NCBI GenBank assembly: GCA_045863335.1
Contig: BTVY01000048.1
Coordinates: 1,395-58,591, forward strand
Direction of reading: 5' to 3'
From: Candidatus Hydrogenedentota bacterium
GTDB lineage: Bacteria; Hydrogenedentota; Hydrogenedentia; Hydrogenedentales; SLHB01
DNA: 57,197 nucleotides
This document shows positions 52,835 to 57,197 of the stretch, piece after piece (positions within the stretch are counted from its first letter, which is position 1; every line of letters begins with the position of its first letter). The position numbers were made by a program, and so were the translations under genes. The notes below the pieces were generated by a model. That model was not told where the DNA came from and did not search any database. It saw only the letters and a program-made list of their open reading frames with translations.

Positions 52835-53796
52835 CGGCAAGCGCGTCGTCCGGACATATCGTCCCCATCCCGCTGCCGACGCCCTTCATCGTGGGACCCG
52901 TCAACGCGTATCTTATCCGTGGCGAGCCGCTGACACTGATCGACACGGGGCCCGCGACGGAAGACGCCTACGGCGCGTTAGTGGCCGCGCTCCGATCGCA
53001 CGGCGTCGCAACCGCTGATCTTGAAGCCATCGTTGTGACGCACAGTCACGTGGACCACGTCGGCAACCTCGCGCGGCTGGTGGACGAATCCAGAGCCATC
53101 ACGTACGGACACCGCACGGCTGAGGTGTTGCCCGGTGACCGCGAAGCCCACGAGGAACGCACCAACACATTCATCCTGCACACGCTCACCACGTTCGGCG
53201 CTCCCCAATCTGTCATCGACGCCACAGCGGAAGCGCGCGGAACTTTCAAGGCCATGACGTCCCACGTAAAGCTCGATGAAATCCTGGAACATGGCGACCA
53301 CGCGCTGGGATACTCCGTTCATCACGTTCCCGGCCATTCCGCGTCGGACACCCTGTATTTTGACGAAGCGCGCCGGCTTGCCTTTACCGGTGATCATCTC
53401 CTTAAGAAGGCCAGTCCGACGCCCCTCTTGCGGGCCGAGCCGGGAACCACGACGCGCGTGCGCAGTCTCCTCGAGTACCAGCGGTCCTTGGCCCACACAC
53501 GCGCGCTGCCCATCGAAACCTGTTACCCGGGTCACGGCGAACCCTTCAAGTGTCACACCGATGTCATCGACCGCTGGCTCGACCGGTTGGAAAAGCGCAC
53601 GGCTCGTGTGTTGGAATTTCTGCGGGAACGTTCGATGACGCCCATGGAAGTCTGCGAGCGGCTCTATCCCGATCTCGATCCATCGACCATCTACATTGGC
53701 CTGGCCGTCGCGATTGGACATTTGGACGTTCTGGAAGAACGAGGTCTCGCCGCCAGCGATGCGTCACATGAAGTCCTGCGCTACTCCGCGGCTTGA
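52831..53796 (+). CDS. MBL-fold metallo-hydrolase with winged-helix C-terminus
   Basis: THSHVDHVG, PGHS, TGDH and PGHG motifs. Confidence 0.9.
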   Translation: MTASASSGHIVPIPLPTPFIVGPVNAYLIRGEPLTLIDTGPATEDAYGALVAALRSHGVATADLEAIVVTHSHVDHVGNLARLVDESRAITYGHRTAEVLPGDREAHEERTNTFILHTLTTFGAPQSVIDATAEARGTFKAMTSHVKLDEILEHGDHALGYSVHHVPGHSASDTLYFDEARRLAFTGDHLLKKASPTPLLRAEPGTTTRVRSLLEYQRSLAHTRALPIETCYPGHGEPFKCHTDVIDRWLDRLEKRTARVLEFLRERSMTPMEVCERLYPDLDPSTIYIGLAVAIGHLDVLEERGLAASDASHEVLRYSAA

Positions 53797-53822
53797 ATCT
53801 CGCCCGTATAGTTGGAGGCGAA

Positions 53823-54893
53823 ATGAACGGTGACCATCTTGGCCCCATCCGGTTTGAGGAACACTATTTCGAGCGCATCTGGGGAGGCCGGCGTCTCGAA
53901 AGCGCTCTCGGCAAGATCATCCCGCCGAATGTACCCATCGGCGAAGCCTGGCTGATTTCCGATCACCCCAGCGCAGAAAGCGTCGTCGCCGAAGGCCCAC
54001 TCGCAGGAAATACGTTACGCCAGTTGCTCGCTGCCGACGCCGACACGATCCTCGGCTCCCGCGCCAAACTTACCGTCCATGGACGTTTCCCGCTCCTGCT
54101 GAAGATCCTCGACGCCGCGGATTGGTTGTCCGTCCAGGTTCACCCCGACGACGAATGCGCCGCACGACTTGGCGAACCCGACGTGGGCAAGACAGAAATG
54201 TGGCACGTTCTCCAGGCGGAGCTAGATAGTGAGCTTATTTGCGGACTTGATCCCGCCGTGGATCCCGAGGTGTTTATCACAGCGGCTGGTAACGGTCGCC
54301 TCGATGACATGCTGCCGCGGTTCACCGTCGCTCCCGGCGACGCGGTGTTCGTGCGAGCCGGAACCGTTCACGCCATCGGCGGCGGCATCCTCCTCGCCGA
54401 GATCCAGCAGAATAGTGACCTCACCTACCGCATCTACGACTGGAACCGCGTCGATGCCTCCGGAAAAGGCCGCGAACTGCACCTGGACAAGACCCGGGCT
54501 GCCACCCACTTCGGATCCGATCACGGCGGAAAGCAGAGGCCGCTGGAATTGCCTGATGACGCGGGAGCAGCAAAACGCGAATTGCTCGCAGCCTGCCGGT
54601 ACTTCGCGGCGGAGCGCGTCCAGTGTTGCGGCGCGTGGCGTCGCATCACGCACCAGAGGTCTTTTCATATCATCCTGTGCATAGACGGCTCTGCCCACGT
54701 GCTGGCGGGCCCGGGTGGCGCAATACTTACGAAGGGGCAGGCTTGCCTGGTGCCTGGCAAGCATCCCGAATTCACTGTGGACGGTTCGTGCACGGTCCTC
54801 GACTACTACGTCCCAGACCTCGTTCTCGATGTGGAGGCGCCTTTGGAAGCTGCGGGGCATTCCCGAGACGCCATCCTCCAGTTGCTCTCGTGA
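53823..54893 (+). CDS. manA: Type I mannose-6-phosphate isomerase
   Basis: IWGG, LSVQVHPDD, GKTEMW and EIQQNSDLTYR motifs. Confidence 0.9.
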   Translation: MNGDHLGPIRFEEHYFERIWGGRRLESALGKIIPPNVPIGEAWLISDHPSAESVVAEGPLAGNTLRQLLAADADTILGSRAKLTVHGRFPLLLKILDAADWLSVQVHPDDECAARLGEPDVGKTEMWHVLQAELDSELICGLDPAVDPEVFITAAGNGRLDDMLPRFTVAPGDAVFVRAGTVHAIGGGILLAEIQQNSDLTYRIYDWNRVDASGKGRELHLDKTRAATHFGSDHGGKQRPLELPDDAGAAKRELLAACRYFAAERVQCCGAWRRITHQRSFHIILCIDGSAHVLAGPGGAILTKGQACLVPGKHPEFTVDGSCTVLDYYVPDLVLDVEAPLEAAGHSRDAILQLLS

Positions 54894-54999
54894 TTGATGT
54901 GTTTCGTTCCAAAATGGTGCATATCGGCCTGGACCCGGTGTGGAAAACCACTTACACCAACAGATTAAGCACAGTTTAATTTGCGCTCGGTAAGTCAGG

Positions 55000-55611
55000 A
55001 TGCCAAGGGCAGGAAGGTCAGCAGTGCAACATAAGGATGCAAAGCTGGTCCAACTCTGTCTCGACGGCGATACGGACGCCTTCGGCCGTCTGGTCGATGC
55101 CTATCAGGGGGCCGTTTACGCCACCGCGTACTCCTACGTGGGGCGTCATGGATCCGCGGAAGATATCGCCCAGGAAGCGTTCCTGCAAGCCTACCGCAGC
55201 TTGCGCCGATTGCGGGATCCGAACCGGTTTGGCCCATGGTTGCGCGAGATTACGTGCCGCACTGCCGCCAACTGGCTTCGGAAGAACGCCGCGCGATTGC
55301 GAACCGAGACGCCCATCCCGTACAAGCCGACCGTTTCCCTGGAGGACTCACGGCAAGGGCCGGGGGCGCGGCTGGAGCGGTTAGAGCAATACGACCGGGT
55401 GCGGCAGGCAATCGACCAGCTACCGGATCGGTACCGGCCCATCGTGGTGCTCCGGTATCTCCAGGAGTTGAGTTATCAGGAGATTGGCGAATTCACCGGC
55501 GACAGTGTTGACGAAGTCCGCGCCATTTTGCAGCGCGCGGGGCGAATCCTCCGGGAACACTTGGTCCAATCGGATTCAAGTAGTGCCGGTGATGCGATGA
55601 CGACAGGATAG
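55000..55611 (+). CDS. ECF sigma-70 factor (start may be GTG 55024)
   Basis: AEDIAQEAFL, FGPWL and LSYQEIGE region 2/4 motifs. Confidence 0.92.
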   Translation: MPRAGRSAVQHKDAKLVQLCLDGDTDAFGRLVDAYQGAVYATAYSYVGRHGSAEDIAQEAFLQAYRSLRRLRDPNRFGPWLREITCRTAANWLRKNAARLRTETPIPYKPTVSLEDSRQGPGARLERLEQYDRVRQAIDQLPDRYRPIVVLRYLQELSYQEIGEFTGDSVDEVRAILQRAGRILREHLVQSDSSSAGDAMTTG

Positions 55612-55625
55612 AAGGACGACAATAC

Positions 55626-56948
55626 GTGGCGTCTTGCACGCGTATAGAGCAGTGCCTCCAGGCACAGATTGACGGCGAACTCGGCGATTCCGAGCGCGTC
55701 ATTCTGGAGCAGCATGTCGCCGAATGTGCCCGCTGCGCCCAGATGCTCCGGGAACGCCAGTGGCAGACGGCGTTGCTGTTCGAAGCCCTGTCGGCCGATC
55801 GGTTGGCGCACTCCATTCGTCAAAAGGTTCTCGATCACCTTCCGGAAATGGAAGTGCCCGGCCAGGAAATTGACGATCTGAACTGGCGCGCGAAACACCC
55901 CAACAAGTGGACGAACCGGCTCGCTCACGTCGCTCCGGCTGCTGCGGTCGCCATTCTCGTATTTCTTACCATCGTTCTGCGGTTCAGCTATCCCGAGCAA
56001 ACCGGATACAGCAATCTCTATCGCGCGGAGCGCCCCGCAGTCGGCGTCGTGACGCAAGTGAAGGGCGAACCGACCCGCATCGCGCTCGATGAAACCCGGC
56101 GCATGCGCGCCAGCATCGCCGCGCTCGCCCGCTCCGGCGACTGTTTCGAGACGGCCGATGGCACCCAAATGATGCTCTCGCTCACGGGCCCGACGGTCGT
56201 GAAGCTTGATGAGAACACCCGCGTGAAGGTTTCCGATGCCCGCCGCTTGAGCGTGGACCACGGCACCATCTGGCTGGACGTGGCGCAGGACGGGAGCCTG
56301 TTCAAGGTGATTACGCCCGCCGGCCTTGTGACCGTGTTCGGAACGGTATTTAGCGTGCGCGTCGCGGAAGGCCGCACCACGGTGACGGTTGAAAGCGGCC
56401 ACGTGCAGGTGGAAAGCGGCGAGCACCTTTACCAACTACAGGCTAACCAACAGGTGATCGTTAGTCTGTACGAGGACCCCAAGGGACCCCTCGAGGTCAA
56501 GGCAAGCGCCCTCCATCAGTGGGCCGATAGTATCCAAACCGATGCCGCCGGACTGGAAGCGTTCGCTCGCCTTTCAGAGGACAAGGACCTCTCGAAGGAA
56601 TTGCAGGGTCGTATCGCCTTCGTGATTGACACGACGCAAGATGGGCGCCCCCGCGAAGTGGACGCGATTCGGCTCTACTGGGGCACCGAAGAAATGCCGG
56701 CCAGTGGCGTGTCTTACGACGTGACCATCACGGACGGATTTGGGAACATCTTGCGGCAAGAGCATCTCGATGCCGCGCTCTTCCGCGAACGCCAGGACGG
56801 CTACTACGATGTCGTGCTCGAAGATCCCATCCGCGATGTGCGGACGCTCGTCGTCCGGTTGGTTCCGGACCAGATGAACCACGGCGAAGAAATTAACATT
56901 TTCGACGTTCGAGCCCGGACCCGGGCCGAAGCGGCGGTGATTCAATAA
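55626..56948 (+). CDS. Anti-sigma factor with zinc-finger (HxxxCxxC), TM helix and FecR-like domain
   Basis: DGEL..HVAECARC, one TM helix, TPAGLVTVFGTVFSV..VTVESGHV. Confidence 0.85.
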   Translation: MASCTRIEQCLQAQIDGELGDSERVILEQHVAECARCAQMLRERQWQTALLFEALSADRLAHSIRQKVLDHLPEMEVPGQEIDDLNWRAKHPNKWTNRLAHVAPAAAVAILVFLTIVLRFSYPEQTGYSNLYRAERPAVGVVTQVKGEPTRIALDETRRMRASIAALARSGDCFETADGTQMMLSLTGPTVVKLDENTRVKVSDARRLSVDHGTIWLDVAQDGSLFKVITPAGLVTVFGTVFSVRVAEGRTTVTVESGHVQVESGEHLYQLQANQQVIVSLYEDPKGPLEVKASALHQWADSIQTDAAGLEAFARLSEDKDLSKELQGRIAFVIDTTQDGRPREVDAIRLYWGTEEMPASGVSYDVTITDGFGNILRQEHLDAALFRERQDGYYDVVLEDPIRDVRTLVVRLVPDQMNHGEEINIFDVRARTRAEAAVIQ

Positions 56949-56949
56949 A

Positions 56950-57096
56950 GTTTAATCCGGTTTCCCTTTGCTCAGGCCGGAGAGGCGAAGTGGTGAGGAG
57001 ATTACGTTACAAGTCTACCTCAAGTCACTCCTTCCCCAAGAGTAACTGCAGCCAGGAATCCTTGCTGCTTTGCCTCTCCGCTGAAATAGATTAAAC
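56950..57096 (+). other. Long imperfect hairpin, candidate structured RNA
   Basis: 56979-56999 pairs with 57059-57079 over 21 bp including 5 G-U pairs; outer helix 56950-56957/57089-57096. Confidence 0.45.
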
Positions 57097-57137
57097 CGGC
57101 CTGCCGGAACGCTCGGTTACCAGTTCCGGCAGGCCGG
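57085..57137 (-). terminator. 15-bp perfect hairpin, probable terminator
   Basis: CCGGCCTGCCGGAAC / GTTCCGGCAGGCCGG, followed by TTTAATCTATTT on the minus strand. Confidence 0.65.
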
Positions 57138-57146
57138 GATCGCGCA

Positions 57147-57197
57147 ATCGAGTAGGAGGGGGAGGATAGTTCCTCCCCCGTCCTCTCACACCACCGT
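57147..57197 (-). mobile_element. 3' end (domain V tail and domain VI) of a group II intron, class C-like, truncated by the window end
   Basis: Minus strand ACGGTGGTGTGAGAGGACGGGGGAGG-AACTAT-CCTCCCCCTCCTACTCGAT matches the typical IIC DV/DVI ending with a bulged A and terminal AY. Confidence 0.85.

Noticed and set aside
56950-57137. Integron attC site as the intron target
   Set aside because: No RYYYAAC...GTTRRRY arrangement and no cassette array or integrase nearby.

Overview
GC-rich bacterial chromosomal segment, probably a whole contig: it starts in a (TGCGGAA)n microsatellite and ends inside the 3' end of a group II intron. lpxK, four PEP-CTERM genes, a Tat sulfatase and an HZS-alpha-like lipoprotein indicate an environmental diderm; the taxon cannot be fixed from sequence alone. 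Most of the window is housekeeping: uup-like ABC-F, uvrA, folK-panBCD, glnS, gltX-glk, hisHF, pfkB-type kinase, dprA-lpxK, trpDCF/trpBA, pilD-aroC, manA and an ECF sigma/anti-sigma pair. The most notable items are: (1) all four PEP-CTERM genes have a correctly spaced sigma-54 -24/-12 site; (2) the trp operon is split by an inserted gene, and trpBA sits behind a decayed duplicate of the trpD promoter, a trpD'-'trpF fusion relic and a 175-bp near-identical repeat; (3) an ABC-type ATPase + DUF4276/TOPRIM-like gene pair, a candidate anti-phage module, lies between glnS and gltX; (4) a small membrane gene is bracketed by ~100-bp inverted REP-like arms; (5) a G-U-rich long hairpin (candidate structured RNA) lies next to the intron end; (6) several unrelated REP and short-repeat families occupy the intergenic spaces. 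No CRISPR array, rRNA or tRNA was recognised. All family assignments come from motif recognition by eye, not from database searches.
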